Positions 1 through 10,672 of a stretch of 64,000 nt of DNA are shown here, piece by piece. The translations under genes and the position numbers were made by a program. A model generated the notes under the pieces. It saw only the letters and a program-made list of their open reading frames with translations, searched no databases and was not told the origin of the DNA. Origin of the DNA: an uncultured virus (IMG/VR IMGVR_UViG_3300000243_000001) (lineage: Duplodnaviria; Heunggongvirae; Uroviricota; Caudoviricetes). The DNA lies in IMG/VR virus record IMGVR_UViG_3300000243_000001; one strand, 5' to 3'. Positions within the stretch are counted from its first letter, which is position 1, and the number at the start of each line of letters is the position of its first letter.

Positions 1-152
1 GTTCCAATTGAATCAATATCTGTCTTAACAGTAGTTAATACAATTTTACCAAACTGAGTTATAATATCCAATACATTCGCTTGAAAGTTGAATATATACT
101 CGATTGAAGTTATCTTGTTTTGATTTGGTGAATGTTGAGGATCTATTGACAT
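1..152 (-). CDS. hypothetical protein, partial (runs off the left edge)
   Basis: Not in ORF track. ATG at 152-150 preceded by GAGGAG (167-162) on minus strand; reads MSIDPQHSPNQNKITSIEYIFNFQANVLDII... with no stop before the edge. Confidence 0.7.
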   Translation of the reverse strand, partial: MSIDPQHSPNQNKITSIEYIFNFQANVLDIITQFGKIVLTTVKTDIDSIG

Positions 153-285
153 AGCGCAATACTCCTCGTATTTGGGTATAGTTACTTCGATACCCAAGAT
201 AAAGTGTGTATTACTTATGTTCGTAAAGAATTCAATTTCACCAGCCTTATTCGTCACATTTATGTGATGGTAAATGATTTCAGTT

Positions 286-2109
286 TCATAAGACATAAAA
301 TTCGTCGTAAGTAATGATTTGAATAGTTGGTTTACCTTTAGCTTTTGTCATCTTTCCACCAGTACCATGCACATTATTGGTAACAAGGATAGATAATTCA
401 TTAGTTACTGAATTAGTGACGGTAAAGCCTTTGTCTTCTGCCATTTTCTCTAACTCTGCTCGTTTCTTGTCAACTTTTCCAGTAAAGCATATTAGTTTGG
501 TTGGTGTAATATCCCCAGCAATCATATTAACTAAAGCTTCAAGTTCGTTAATAAACATAATATTCTTCTCGAAATATTCTGAGATTTCAATTGCTCGTTC
601 AACTCCAATAGTATCAATCAATACTAATCTATCAATATCTGCAGTCTTCAATTCTTCAAATGATAGATCTGCGAGTATCTTACGACTTACTCGTTTACCT
701 ATACCTTTAATATTTAATGAAGATAACAATTTCCAATCATCAAGTGGTTCAGTTCGGATACGTTGTATTTCATTAAATAGCTTATGAGAAGATGTTTCTG
801 CAAATCCATCCAGTTGAAAGATATCATTTAGAGTTACAGTTAGGATATCAGTTAGATTTTCAATACCAATATCAAGTAATTTTTGAACAGTGGCACCAGC
901 TAAGTATTCAAATCCAAGTCTAGCTACAGAGTCAGTTAACTGTTTAGCTAACATTCCGGAACAATTTGGATTCGGACATTTAACATTTGGATCATCATAA
1001 ATGACATTAGTGCTACAATCTGGACAAATATCAATACGAATTGGTATTCTTCCATCGCATTTGGTTACATTAACGACGTAGGGTATAATCTCGCCTGCAC
1101 GTTCAATCGTCAATTCATCATTAATATTTATATCTCTATCAATAATGTTCTTTGCGTTAGACAAAGAAACTCGACGAATAGTAGCTCCAGCTATTACAAC
1201 CGGATCTATAACACCAACAGGCGTCAATCGTCCTTTACCAGATTGCCAAATGACCTGTCTTAATATCGATTTGGCTGATGGATTAGCTGCTTTATACGCC
1301 ATTTGACCACGTGGATGGTGAGAAGTAAATCCCAAACTATCTGAATAAACTTTATCAACAAGTTTAATAACTAACCCATCCGTTGGATATTCCCAAACTT
1401 TCAATTTAGAAAGCATACTGAACCAATCTAATTCACGCAACATTGAATCAGTATACGAAATTCCAAATTTACTAAACTCAACAAAAGTCAAAACTGCCGT
1501 TAGAGACAGATCCACATCATCTTGATTGACTAAACCACTAGCCATACCTCTTGGAGTCTTATAAGGAGTTCCATCACCCTTAAGGATAACCTCCTTATAT
1601 TTTACATATGTGTCTTTCTTAACGATAATTTCACCACGTCTCGATGGAGTAGGATCATCTTTCATTGGTCCATTATAATCAAGACTCTCAACGGTAATAA
1701 TTGGAATCTTATTGGAAATATCTTCTCCGTAAGTTCCATCACCTCTTGTAGCTAATGTATCGAAATTCTTATCGGCAGATAGACCATCTAGTTTAGGTTG
1801 TAAAGAATATATCTCATCTCCATTATTGTGTGTTGCATTTCTAGATGTCTTATCCAACCACTTAAACAAATCTACATCAGAGTACACTTTATCCAACGAT
1901 AACATTAGTACGGCATGTTGTATTTTACCTAGTGTAGATTTGATACACTTATCATTAATCTTAGATAATACATAACTATTTGGATTCAATGATCTTAATT
2001 CATTAGTGAGTTTATCATAATCGATATCACTTATTGTTGGTTCATCATTTATCCAATAACTATGATCATGTTGTAGTATTAGTTTTTCTAATTCTTGAAT
2101 TCGGTTCAT
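286..2109 (-). CDS. ligA: NAD-dependent DNA ligase
   Basis: YWINDEPTISDIDYDKL, MLSLDK, adenylation motif PKLDG, TRGDG, RGE, TDGLVIK, HHPRGQMAYK, GRLTPV, IERAGEIIP, Zn finger CPDC...CPNPNC, HhH repeats, C-terminal BRCT (ICFTG). Confidence 0.97.
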   Translation of the reverse strand: MNRIQELEKLILQHDHSYWINDEPTISDIDYDKLTNELRSLNPNSYVLSKINDKCIKSTLGKIQHAVLMLSLDKVYSDVDLFKWLDKTSRNATHNNGDEIYSLQPKLDGLSADKNFDTLATRGDGTYGEDISNKIPIITVESLDYNGPMKDDPTPSRRGEIIVKKDTYVKYKEVILKGDGTPYKTPRGMASGLVNQDDVDLSLTAVLTFVEFSKFGISYTDSMLRELDWFSMLSKLKVWEYPTDGLVIKLVDKVYSDSLGFTSHHPRGQMAYKAANPSAKSILRQVIWQSGKGRLTPVGVIDPVVIAGATIRRVSLSNAKNIIDRDININDELTIERAGEIIPYVVNVTKCDGRIPIRIDICPDCSTNVIYDDPNVKCPNPNCSGMLAKQLTDSVARLGFEYLAGATVQKLLDIGIENLTDILTVTLNDIFQLDGFAETSSHKLFNEIQRIRTEPLDDWKLLSSLNIKGIGKRVSRKILADLSFEELKTADIDRLVLIDTIGVERAIEISEYFEKNIMFINELEALVNMIAGDITPTKLICFTGKVDKKRAELEKMAEDKGFTVTNSVTNELSILVTNNVHGTGGKMTKAKGKPTIQIITYDEFYVL

Positions 2110-2594
2110 TTTAAGTGTAGTTCCTTAACGAATTTATCAACATTCAATTTCTTAGGTTGTTGACTGCCTTGAACAGCCAATTTGTCAGCTAATTCGTTCT
2201 GTGGGTGACCAGAGTGCGCTTTAACATGCTTAAATGTTACACCATGACGCTTGGCCATTCGATCTAATAATAACCATAGATCTTTATTTTTCACATCCTT
2301 CTTAGCCGAGTTTTTCCAGCCATTCTTCTTCCAATTATCAATCCATTTATTATTCATTCCATTAACAACATACGCTGAATCTGAGTATAGTGTTACGAAA
2401 CAAGATTGATTTAATTCAGATAGTGCATACGCTGCGGCAAGTAATTCCATCTGGTTGTTGGTTGTATCGTTAAATCCGAGACTAAGTTCTTTATTCGTCC
2501 CATTAAATATTAACAATATACCAATTCCACCTGGACCTGGATTACCTTTACATGCTCCATCAGTGTACGCAGTGATTCTCTTCAGAGTTGTCAT
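2106..2594 (-). CDS. rnhA: ribonuclease HI
   Basis: YTDGACKGNPGPGG, TTNNQMEL, SDSAYV, WKKNGWK, KNKDLW, HVKAHSGHPQNELADKLA. Start moved to the ATG at 2594 (MTTLKRI) because the 2630 start lies deep in the upstream gene. Confidence 0.97.
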   Translation of the reverse strand: MTTLKRITAYTDGACKGNPGPGGIGILLIFNGTNKELSLGFNDTTNNQMELLAAAYALSELNQSCFVTLYSDSAYVVNGMNNKWIDNWKKNGWKNSAKKDVKNKDLWLLLDRMAKRHGVTFKHVKAHSGHPQNELADKLAVQGSQQPKKLNVDKFVKELHLK

Positions 2595-2880
2595 AATCTC
2601 TAAGTCCTGTATAATTATGATATACAACATATGCGTATATTACCATTAATCCAATAGTATACCAATCAGCAATAAATGGTGTACATGCTATTATCAGTTT
2701 AAAAATAAGTACTCCGTATATGCCACTTATGTAAAATACTCCACGGAGTATTATATTTGCTTCAGCTCTACTATTAATGTTAAATATTCGATATGTTTGT
2801 GCAGTATCTATAATCATTAATATACTTGTGATTATTTGTAGTGTAAATTGGATATAATCAAGCATCCTTGTCCTCGTCAA
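2560..2880 (-). CDS. small membrane protein, DUF5658-like
   Basis: Three hydrophobic segments with D..QT and an EAN motif (RAEANIILR). Confidence 0.55.
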   Translation of the reverse strand: MTRTRMLDYIQFTLQIITSILMIIDTAQTYRIFNINSRAEANIILRGVFYISGIYGVLIFKLIIACTPFIADWYTIGLMVIYAYVVYHNYTGLRDYDNSEENHCVH

Positions 2881-3328
2881 TATTAACCTTCATCTTTAAT
2901 AACTCAGACATATGTCCAGGTACTTTTGACTGGGAGATAAATTCATCTATATCCCATTGTGGAAAATGTGATTTTAATACATTAGCATATTCTTCTTTAA
3001 ACATTATCTCAGTAAACAGTGTTATTAAAAATGTCAGTTCGGCATTTCCTGTCATTTCATTGTTACTGAGGGCACCTAGCATTACGTGAAGTGATCCTGC
3101 TAATTCTCGTTCTTCGAATTGAAAACTATCAATTACTCTCATATTACGTTTATTTGACGGCATGATTTTGCAGTCAAAGATCTCTTCAACTTCAATAGAT
3201 ACGTAATTGATGTTTTCAATTGCGAAACAATTAACGAGTATGTATCGACTAAAGACAATTTCATCCTTAGTCGATACATTACTAAAAGGAACACTAATTT
3301 GATATATAGTGTGCTTTTGTATGTTCAT
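2858..3328 (-). CDS. hypothetical protein
   Basis: 156-aa ORF packed between ssb and the next minus-strand gene; no motif recognised. Confidence 0.75.
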   Translation of the reverse strand: MNIQKHTIYQISVPFSNVSTKDEIVFSRYILVNCFAIENINYVSIEVEEIFDCKIMPSNKRNMRVIDSFQFEERELAGSLHVMLGALSNNEMTGNAELTFLITLFTEIMFKEEYANVLKSHFPQWDIDEFISQSKVPGHMSELLKMKVNIDEDKDA

Positions 3329-3330
3329 AA

Positions 3331-4008
3331 TTAGAAGGGAACATCATCTCCTGTACCAGTTCCTGCACCACCAGCTGGACCAAAACCTTGACCTGGGCCA
3401 GGATTGTTCTGTGCAGGTGCATTACCCTGTGGTTGAAATGGTTGTTGTTGTGGAGTGTTTTGTGGTGGTGCATTACCCTGGGGTTGAAACTGCTGACCCT
3501 GGGGTGGGTTACCTGGTTGATTTGGATTAAATCCACCTTGTTGTGGTTGTGCTTGAGGTTGTCCTTGAGGTTGAAATCCACCACCTTGTTGCTGTGGTTG
3601 TTGGAATCCACCTCCACCACCTTGTTGCTGACCACCTTGCTGTTGACCACCTTGTTGGAATCCACCACCTTGTGCATTTGGATTAGGATCTAAAGCTTCC
3701 CATTGTTGAACAACAACTCGGATCTGCTTCTTCTTCTGACCAGGGTTTTGTTTGTCTTCCCATTCTTCGGTCTGAGGATACCCAGTAAACCATATTTTAC
3801 TACCTTTCTGAAGCATACTGGCAGCAGTTTCGGCAGCTTTACCAAGGAAAGTTAATTCAACCCATTCGGTCGTACCATAAGATCCATCTGCATTCTTCTT
3901 CGGGATCTTACATGCAATACCGACTTTACCAAATGCAAAGCCGGTCTGGCTGTACTGTACTTCTACTTCACGGCCTAAACGACCCCATCCGGTTTGTATC
4001 AGTCCCAT
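3331..4008 (-). CDS. ssb: single-stranded DNA-binding protein
   Basis: OB-fold motifs GRLGRE, TEW, FLGKAAE, LQKGSKI, EEWEDK; long Q/G/P-rich linker; bacterial-type acidic tip DDVPF. Confidence 0.95.
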   Translation of the reverse strand: MGLIQTGWGRLGREVEVQYSQTGFAFGKVGIACKIPKKNADGSYGTTEWVELTFLGKAAETAASMLQKGSKIWFTGYPQTEEWEDKQNPGQKKKQIRVVVQQWEALDPNPNAQGGGFQQGGQQQGGQQQGGGGGFQQPQQQGGGFQPQGQPQAQPQQGGFNPNQPGNPPQGQQFQPQGNAPPQNTPQQQPFQPQGNAPAQNNPGPGQGFGPAGGAGTGTGDDVPF

Positions 4009-4023
4009 AGTTTCTTTCCTGTG

Positions 4024-6015
4024 TTAAGTGTTAATAAATGATATCTGTGCAGCTATTATGGATTTAATTGCACTTGACGACGCTGTCTTCGATGACGGCA
4101 TGTGATATTCACCATTATTTGTCATCTGAACAATAAGATCTTTCTTTAATGATTTACTTTCATTCTTTACAGTTCTGAGTTCACGGATTGCTTTATCAAC
4201 ATTGTGTGCCAATAATGCATCAAACTCCATTTGCCCTAGCCTAGAACTGTTCGATATAACACCATTTTTACTACGGCCTTGTTGAGGTTGCTTACTACTC
4301 GATTTGTATGATCCAAAATCACGACTAGTAATTTTTGACGATGCTTCTTGCTTTAACTTCAACATATAAATAGGAACAGTTAAGATATCTTGAATTATAA
4401 TATCTTTATTTGGTAATTGTACACATGCGTTTGAATTATAGAATTGTTCCATATCTTCACGGCTCAATCCTAATTTCTCGTGCATGAATTCAATCAGTTC
4501 ACGTTTATATAGTATAGGTTCATTCGGTTTAATACCAAATGAATTTTCTACAGTTGCATTAAGCTCTGTATCATTAAATGAAGCAAAGTTCGGTGCTTCA
4601 AAATATAATCCAACATCATCTACTGATTGCATGAATTGTTTCTTTAGATTCTCATCATGATCGATACTACTGCTCAAATGTTTAATTTTCTCAGAATACT
4701 CGATGTCTCCTAGGATATTAGCTAACCCAGATAGATGAAATAGCCAGTGCGATAACGTTGAAGGATCTTTTTTGATTTGATCTTCAACGTGACATATCAC
4801 TTTAGATATGTATCCTTCTGGTATTTGACCATAATTCATTCTAGCAATAACACTGATTGGACCAACTAATATATCTATTGGTTTATTCGAATGCATTGCT
4901 ATTGGTCTAAGTTCATCTGGCAATATTAAAGAAATGATTCCTTTATTTGCATATCTATTTGCTAACTTATCACCTAGAGTTGTCGTTGATTCTTTTGCTA
5001 TTTGAACTTCAATGACGTATACAAGGTTAGTCATATCGAAATTGCTTTTGATGCCTTCTTTTTCGAAGACATAGTGCTCTTTAAGGATATTTGTAGCAAA
5101 GTCAGTATGATATTGATTTCGAATATCTCGAGCAATATCTCGCACACTATTGAAATAATGTACTAATTCATTTTCTAAAATACCTTGAAGTTTTCGATCG
5201 ATCAATGGTTGTTTTGATACTTGATGAATCTTAATATCAATAATTGTACCATTCTTGATACGACAAGGGTGATTCGTCGATTTGAAATATAATCGGTTAT
5301 TAACAAACGATGTAAAGTCTTGTAAATTCATGGACTTTAACATCTGCATAACATTCTTTTTGTCGGTCTTACTTTCTTTTGCTAGAATGTTACCATTAAT
5401 TTTCTGCCCTACTTCTGGAAGGAATCCCAATGATGATTCGGGATATATGTCCTTGAATAGGGTCGTTGTAAATATTGGAATATCTATTTTTTCCAATTTG
5501 GTTGATCTTGCCCGTTTACAAAATGATTCAGATACTACAACTGCATCTTCATGATTGAATCCAAAGAAAGGAATATAGGATGTCCAAGCGTTATACCCAT
5601 ATGATGGAAGTCCGTAGTTAAATGAATCGTATTCGTATATTATGTCACCTTGTTTAAATGGTCCACATTCTCTACGGTATCTTAATGTAGTTGAATATAG
5701 TCCACTGCATGATCTAATATGTGGTGTTTCGTATGTCTTAATGACATCACCACCTTTACTATTGTATATTACAATCATTAAATCATCATTCTGATATGTA
5801 ATATTACCATCACTTGGTGCACATGTTTTAAAGAGCATTGAATTATCGGTTAGATGTCTAAACTCAGCTCCAACAACTTTTGGGACGTCACAATTAATGT
5901 GGGTTAGTGTCTGATTAAGTTGTTTAGATGACATTTGCAGACGAGTTGAATCTGTATGTCCTAAAAATGGAACCGAACACAAGTTACAAGATGTGTACAA
6001 TTTGCTCTTCTTCAT
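4024..6015 (-). CDS. rpoB: DNA-directed RNA polymerase beta subunit, C-terminal part
   Basis: VPFLGHTDSTRLQMSSKQ, GFNHEDAVVVSE, GDKLANRYANKGII, PIDILVGPISVIARMNYGQ, YMLKLK, KQPQQGR, RLGQMEFDAL correspond to conserved RpoB C-terminal blocks. Confidence 0.93.
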   Translation of the reverse strand: MKKSKLYTSCNLCSVPFLGHTDSTRLQMSSKQLNQTLTHINCDVPKVVGAEFRHLTDNSMLFKTCAPSDGNITYQNDDLMIVIYNSKGGDVIKTYETPHIRSCSGLYSTTLRYRRECGPFKQGDIIYEYDSFNYGLPSYGYNAWTSYIPFFGFNHEDAVVVSESFCKRARSTKLEKIDIPIFTTTLFKDIYPESSLGFLPEVGQKINGNILAKESKTDKKNVMQMLKSMNLQDFTSFVNNRLYFKSTNHPCRIKNGTIIDIKIHQVSKQPLIDRKLQGILENELVHYFNSVRDIARDIRNQYHTDFATNILKEHYVFEKEGIKSNFDMTNLVYVIEVQIAKESTTTLGDKLANRYANKGIISLILPDELRPIAMHSNKPIDILVGPISVIARMNYGQIPEGYISKVICHVEDQIKKDPSTLSHWLFHLSGLANILGDIEYSEKIKHLSSSIDHDENLKKQFMQSVDDVGLYFEAPNFASFNDTELNATVENSFGIKPNEPILYKRELIEFMHEKLGLSREDMEQFYNSNACVQLPNKDIIIQDILTVPIYMLKLKQEASSKITSRDFGSYKSSSKQPQQGRSKNGVISNSSRLGQMEFDALLAHNVDKAIRELRTVKNESKSLKKDLIVQMTNNGEYHMPSSKTASSSAIKSIIAAQISFINT

Positions 6016-6022
6016 CTGATCC

Positions 6023-7189
6023 CTACGTAAAGTGTTTCAATTCATAATGATTACGTTCAAATATACCGAACCGTAGATCAATATCCTGATCTGGAACTAA
6101 TGATACCATTTGTCCAGGTTTAGTATTTCCAATCGTATTTGAACAGATTCTACACTTGTGACTATCGTGTAGTTCAGATACTGATTTAGGTAACTTACTC
6201 TTTGCTGCAGGATTTTTAAACGTAGCTTTATGCGATATAATAGAACAGAATCCATTAACCGTATCATAAAACGTTTGTCCATCCAATTCAGTATGGAAGT
6301 GTTTAGAAAATCCATTCTTTGGAAAATGCAACGATCTTATTTGCTTCTTATTTAGTAAAGATTTTGCACTACTTGATACTCGTTTGAACATTCCTTTCAT
6401 AAAATGTTCGATAAATACCAATCGTTTGAATTTTAGATCACCAAAACTAGGTGGATCATTCGTTATTAAACGATCGTATGCAATCTTAATAATCATATCT
6501 ATCGATGGTTGTAAGCCATAATAGGTTTCATATAGTTCATATGTCCAATCATCAAACATCAATTGGTTGATTCTAAGTTTGATTACTTCTGGGTTAGCTT
6601 CACACTTCAACTTATCTGCAAACAGTTCCCAGATACGAATATCATCTGCCCGGTTTAATGTAACGAACTTCTCGATTAATTTGAGATGTTTTTCCGGCCA
6701 GTCGTAAACTATCAATTGAATAAAATCACTCAATTCATAATTATCCTGCATAAATGTTGCACGCTTGTCTTCAATGTATAATGATAGTGGTTGGAACAAT
6801 GAATATATTGATATACTCTTCGTCTTTAGTACTATTGGTTCATCTGCAATTGAAAACAATGGTATGTAATAATTACCACCTAATCGGATGAAAGTTTCTT
6901 CAATCAGTTTAGGCATAAATGCATACAGTAAGTAATCTGTTGATACTGCATCATCAAATAATTTAACATTAAGTAAGTCTGCTGAATAATTAGCGACATT
7001 ACTATATGATGGGTATGATACAATATTTACTGCTTTCTCGTAAGGGTTATAGAAATTAGCGTCATATTTTAATCCAAATTGCATAAGATATGTGACACTA
7101 TTCTTGATTAATTCGGGGTATAATGCATACTGATGTACCCGAAAATGTCTAACAATACTTTCATTTGTTTCTCGAGTTAATAAATTCAT
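6023..7189 (-). CDS. rpoB: DNA-directed RNA polymerase beta subunit, N-terminal part
   Basis: MPKLIEETFIRLGGNYY (cf. PLMTDNGTFVING), DLKFKRL (cf. HLGNRRI), ELHDSHKCRIC...PGQMVSL (cf. DVHPTHYGRVC...IGLINSL); lies between the beta-prime and beta-C genes. Confidence 0.8.
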   Translation of the reverse strand: MNLLTRETNESIVRHFRVHQYALYPELIKNSVTYLMQFGLKYDANFYNPYEKAVNIVSYPSYSNVANYSADLLNVKLFDDAVSTDYLLYAFMPKLIEETFIRLGGNYYIPLFSIADEPIVLKTKSISIYSLFQPLSLYIEDKRATFMQDNYELSDFIQLIVYDWPEKHLKLIEKFVTLNRADDIRIWELFADKLKCEANPEVIKLRINQLMFDDWTYELYETYYGLQPSIDMIIKIAYDRLITNDPPSFGDLKFKRLVFIEHFMKGMFKRVSSSAKSLLNKKQIRSLHFPKNGFSKHFHTELDGQTFYDTVNGFCSIISHKATFKNPAAKSKLPKSVSELHDSHKCRICSNTIGNTKPGQMVSLVPDQDIDLRFGIFERNHYELKHFT

Positions 7190-7208
7190 ATTGTCCTATA
7201 ATTGGATA

Positions 7209-7230
7209 ATGGGACACCGGAGTGCCCCAT
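7209..7230 (-). terminator. GC-rich intergenic hairpin between beta-prime and beta-N genes (weak terminator or mRNA stabiliser)
   Basis: Minus strand ATGGGGCAC-TCCG-GTGTCCCAT, 9-bp stem; no clear U tract. Confidence 0.4.
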
Positions 7231-7232
7231 CT

Positions 7233-10200
7233 TTATAGCTCATTCCAGAAACGTTCTAAAACTGTATTAGCTGTTATTGGTAATGGATTCCCGACATCTG
7301 CGAACTTACATATTGACTGTTCGTTCGGTTCATACAGTAGTCCAAGTAATTTAGATACAATCGTATGTAATGTCTTAATATTTAACTTCTTAATAGGTAC
7401 GGCATTTACGTCTCGCTGTAAAGCTAAACGCAATAACTCCCCATCTTCAGTCACATACATATTACATAAGATTATTTCAACAAATGTTGAATATATCTCA
7501 CCAACAGATAGTGCATTCATTATGAATTTGCGATACACTTCATCAATTGGTAATAGGTCTTTTTTACCTTGAAATTGAGTTAATTTCTTAACTTCCTTAA
7601 TCTTGGTAGTTACATCCCTATTTACAACATCGTGTATATCGTCATATGTTAAACGCGTTTCTTCACCAACTTCAGTCATACCCGAATATCCTTTGATTGA
7701 ACTAAGTAAACTTATTTCACCATTCGTTAACATCGGACTAAATATCATAACTGAAAATGTTTTGTCTTTATCTACAATAATATCTAAGAGTTTATCTTGA
7801 ATAATATCTACAATTTTATCGTCTGTTGGAAGATCACAACTACCACTCGTATGAAACGTTCTCATGGTTAATTGAGTTAATCTTTCAGCAATCGATTGTC
7901 CTGCGATTATACCAACATACTTCCCTTTAACAGTATCATATTTACCAAAACATGTTTTGCAAATCTTAAAGTTCGGATTTCCACAACACATTGGTGATCT
8001 AAATGAATATATTTTTCCAACTTCACTTTCATAATGTGGAGGATCGTATAATTGAGTACTTCCATCAGGTGTAATCCAATACTTATGCAGTAATGATTTT
8101 ACATGATCGACACTTTGTATCTCAATATTAAATCCCAAGTGAGTTCCACAATCGTCCATATCTAATTCAATTGGTGATAAATTCACGACCATCGATCGTT
8201 CAATATACCCTGAATCCGGTGTTACTTCATTCTTATCAGTAATACCTTTTCTAGTACCAGATACAGTTTGAAAGAAAGTTTCTTCATCCAAGCCACTGAT
8301 AATCGACTGCGATATGGGTTGAGATTTGATTATATTATTACTATCCGCGATATATCCAATACCACATAGTAATCTAGATAACTGAGTCTTATTAACTTTA
8401 ATTGCAAGTAATGCTTTAAGTTTATAAGTGTTAGGTATCCGTTCATACACTTCATTTTGTAGATATTTATAGATGTGCTGTCCAATAAATGGATTTCTTG
8501 GTAATTTAGCTACGATATCTTTTGGTTTCTCGAGATCTAAGCTATTGAATTCATTTAGTGAAATTGTTAGTGCTAAATCTGGATGTATTGAAGCATACCA
8601 AAACATCCTTTTCGATACATTATGCATACGGTTATTGAATTCTTCAGTATTCTTACTATCTCGATAGATAGCAATAGATACATCACCAGCTCCAGAGAAG
8701 ACAGTCATTTCAATCTTCTCAAAGTCACACCATTTGTTAAATAAGCACACCCCATAAGAATAAATTTTATCATCTATTTTTATTGGAGTGCGTAGATATA
8801 GTGTATCATCAAATGAAACTGGAAGTTCTTTTAAACTATTACATTCAATAGGTACTGCATTTACATCGAGTTCAGCAGTTAATAATAGATAAACTGGATA
8901 TATTGCTTCCAGTCTAAGTTGTTGGATTAAATTACCATTGTGATCGTATTTGGTTTCATTACGAAGATATGCTTTTTCTTGCATTTCTTTTTGTGCATCT
9001 ACATCATGAATTCGATATAGTGCATGTGTATCACCATCAAAATCGGCATTATATGATTCTAATGACAGGTTAGATAATCCAATAGTATCAGTATCTGTTA
9101 CCGATACAACTTTAACTGCTAGACAACCGTATCTCCATAATGTCGGCTGTCGATTCATAAATACTATAAGGTTATATTCTTTATCATTATCAGTCAACAT
9201 CCAATTAACGAATTCATTAACATATATTAATTTATCGAGATCAACATACATGTCTGTGAATTCAACATATGGTAGTAGTTCATTATATTTATCCTTATTA
9301 TCAATAATTACATTCAAATAGTATAAATATTCAGTAAACCACAATCGTAAAAATATCTGTTTAGATACGGATATTTCATATGCTTTTAGTGCTGGGTCTG
9401 ATACAATATGCGCTCGAGCAGAGAAATCGATAGACCTACCAATGAAATCCTTTCTAATAAATCCTTGTTTAGTTCCCAATGAGGATATAGTTAGTTTATA
9501 CAGATTATTGATATGATTTTGATATCGACTGATCATTTGATCATATTGGTGCACTTGAATATCATCAAGAAATTCACCTTCTGCTTCTGGATCGTCAGTG
9601 ATGCCTTTAATCTTAGCGACAAAGTCATCTCGAGCTTGTTCTGGATCCATTACATTTGGCCAATCGAAATTTGATATCTTAAGAATGCGGCAATATTGTT
9701 CATTGATTTCGTTAGTTACCAATTCTTTCTTGCCTTTCTTAACTTGTATTCCGATATCTCTAGTTTTAGGTGGAGTCACTAACAGTTCATATGAAAAGCA
9801 TGATTCAACTATCTCTTTACATTTAGAATTGTGATATAAGTAAGCTCCAGCATATAATGCGAGATACAACGAGTATATTCCAGTTATTCGGATAGGTATG
9901 CACGATTGATAATGCGTAAACGTACTGACTATCTTAGGAACAAACGTTTTGTTTCGACTAGCTTTTAATTCGAGAAACTTATTCGGTCCAGTTAAATTAC
10001 GATCTGTTTGATGGGGATCTAATATTGATTTGTTATTGACCCCAATGATCGATTCGAACTTGGATCTATAAGTCTTTGAATTTTTGTAAAATGGGAACGG
10101 TAAACGTATTTTTCCAAATGTCGTATACCGTATTTCTGGATCAGTACATAGCACACCACATTTTTCACAACGTTTAGAATCGTGTAGAATCTTACTGTTC

Positions 10201-10346
10201 AGTAGGCCACATGCACACTTCCAAGGCTTTACTGGACCGAATAGTTTTTGACTAAAGAGCCCCTCTTCATCTATTTTATTCAATCCATGATTTAGATAAA
10301 TTTTGTCACTAGTTACAATACCTAAGTCCGCTTTATCAACAATCAT
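7233..10346 (-). CDS. rpoC: DNA-directed RNA polymerase beta-prime subunit (single polypeptide)
   Basis: GLFSQKLFGP, Zn ribbon CACG...CEKCG, GRSIDFSAR, NRQPTL, catalytic NADFDGD, bridge helix TPDSGYIER, DDCGT, RSPMCC...CKTCFG, trigger loop AGQSIAERLTQLTMRTFHTSG. Confidence 0.97.
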   Translation of the reverse strand: MIVDKADLGIVTSDKIYLNHGLNKIDEEGLFSQKLFGPVKPWKCACGLLNSKILHDSKRCEKCGVLCTDPEIRYTTFGKIRLPFPFYKNSKTYRSKFESIIGVNNKSILDPHQTDRNLTGPNKFLELKASRNKTFVPKIVSTFTHYQSCIPIRITGIYSLYLALYAGAYLYHNSKCKEIVESCFSYELLVTPPKTRDIGIQVKKGKKELVTNEINEQYCRILKISNFDWPNVMDPEQARDDFVAKIKGITDDPEAEGEFLDDIQVHQYDQMISRYQNHINNLYKLTISSLGTKQGFIRKDFIGRSIDFSARAHIVSDPALKAYEISVSKQIFLRLWFTEYLYYLNVIIDNKDKYNELLPYVEFTDMYVDLDKLIYVNEFVNWMLTDNDKEYNLIVFMNRQPTLWRYGCLAVKVVSVTDTDTIGLSNLSLESYNADFDGDTHALYRIHDVDAQKEMQEKAYLRNETKYDHNGNLIQQLRLEAIYPVYLLLTAELDVNAVPIECNSLKELPVSFDDTLYLRTPIKIDDKIYSYGVCLFNKWCDFEKIEMTVFSGAGDVSIAIYRDSKNTEEFNNRMHNVSKRMFWYASIHPDLALTISLNEFNSLDLEKPKDIVAKLPRNPFIGQHIYKYLQNEVYERIPNTYKLKALLAIKVNKTQLSRLLCGIGYIADSNNIIKSQPISQSIISGLDEETFFQTVSGTRKGITDKNEVTPDSGYIERSMVVNLSPIELDMDDCGTHLGFNIEIQSVDHVKSLLHKYWITPDGSTQLYDPPHYESEVGKIYSFRSPMCCGNPNFKICKTCFGKYDTVKGKYVGIIAGQSIAERLTQLTMRTFHTSGSCDLPTDDKIVDIIQDKLLDIIVDKDKTFSVMIFSPMLTNGEISLLSSIKGYSGMTEVGEETRLTYDDIHDVVNRDVTTKIKEVKKLTQFQGKKDLLPIDEVYRKFIMNALSVGEIYSTFVEIILCNMYVTEDGELLRLALQRDVNAVPIKKLNIKTLHTIVSKLLGLLYEPNEQSICKFADVGNPLPITANTVLERFWNEL

Positions 10347-10358
10347 TGTTTCTCCGGC

Positions 10359-10670
10359 TTATAATAGAATTCCAATTTCTTCTTCATGCTTTACTTCAAT
10401 GTTGTGAATAATAGGTTGAATAATTGCAATCCCATCTCTAATATTCCGTACTTCAAACTTCTCGGCATATGTTCCATACAACTTTACAACGTTATATGAA
10501 TCCATGTTTCCAGCGAAATTGATTGGGATCTCATACAGTCGCCCTATTGCGAGTAAAGATCTTCCATTCGTACTAACGATAGTACCTTTATCACCAGTAG
10601 CACACATTGTGTAATGCAATTTAATGCTGTGATCTAATTTAATTCTAATTACGGGGTTTGTGTTCTCCAT
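10359..10670 (-). CDS. hypothetical protein (possible degenerate dUTPase-like beta fold)
   Basis: 103-aa beta-rich ORF directly upstream of rpoC; only faint pattern similarity, no catalytic motifs. Confidence 0.6.
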   Translation of the reverse strand: MENTNPVIRIKLDHSIKLHYTMCATGDKGTIVSTNGRSLLAIGRLYEIPINFAGNMDSYNVVKLYGTYAEKFEVRNIRDGIAIIQPIIHNIEVKHEEEIGILL

Positions 10671-10672
10671 TC

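Noticed and set aside
6016..6022. Frameshift, intron or pseudogene explanation for the split beta subunit
   Set aside because: Both parts are intact ORFs 7 nt apart with a plausible RBS (TAGGGA) before the second ATG; split beta subunits are normal in phage and some archaeal RNAPs.
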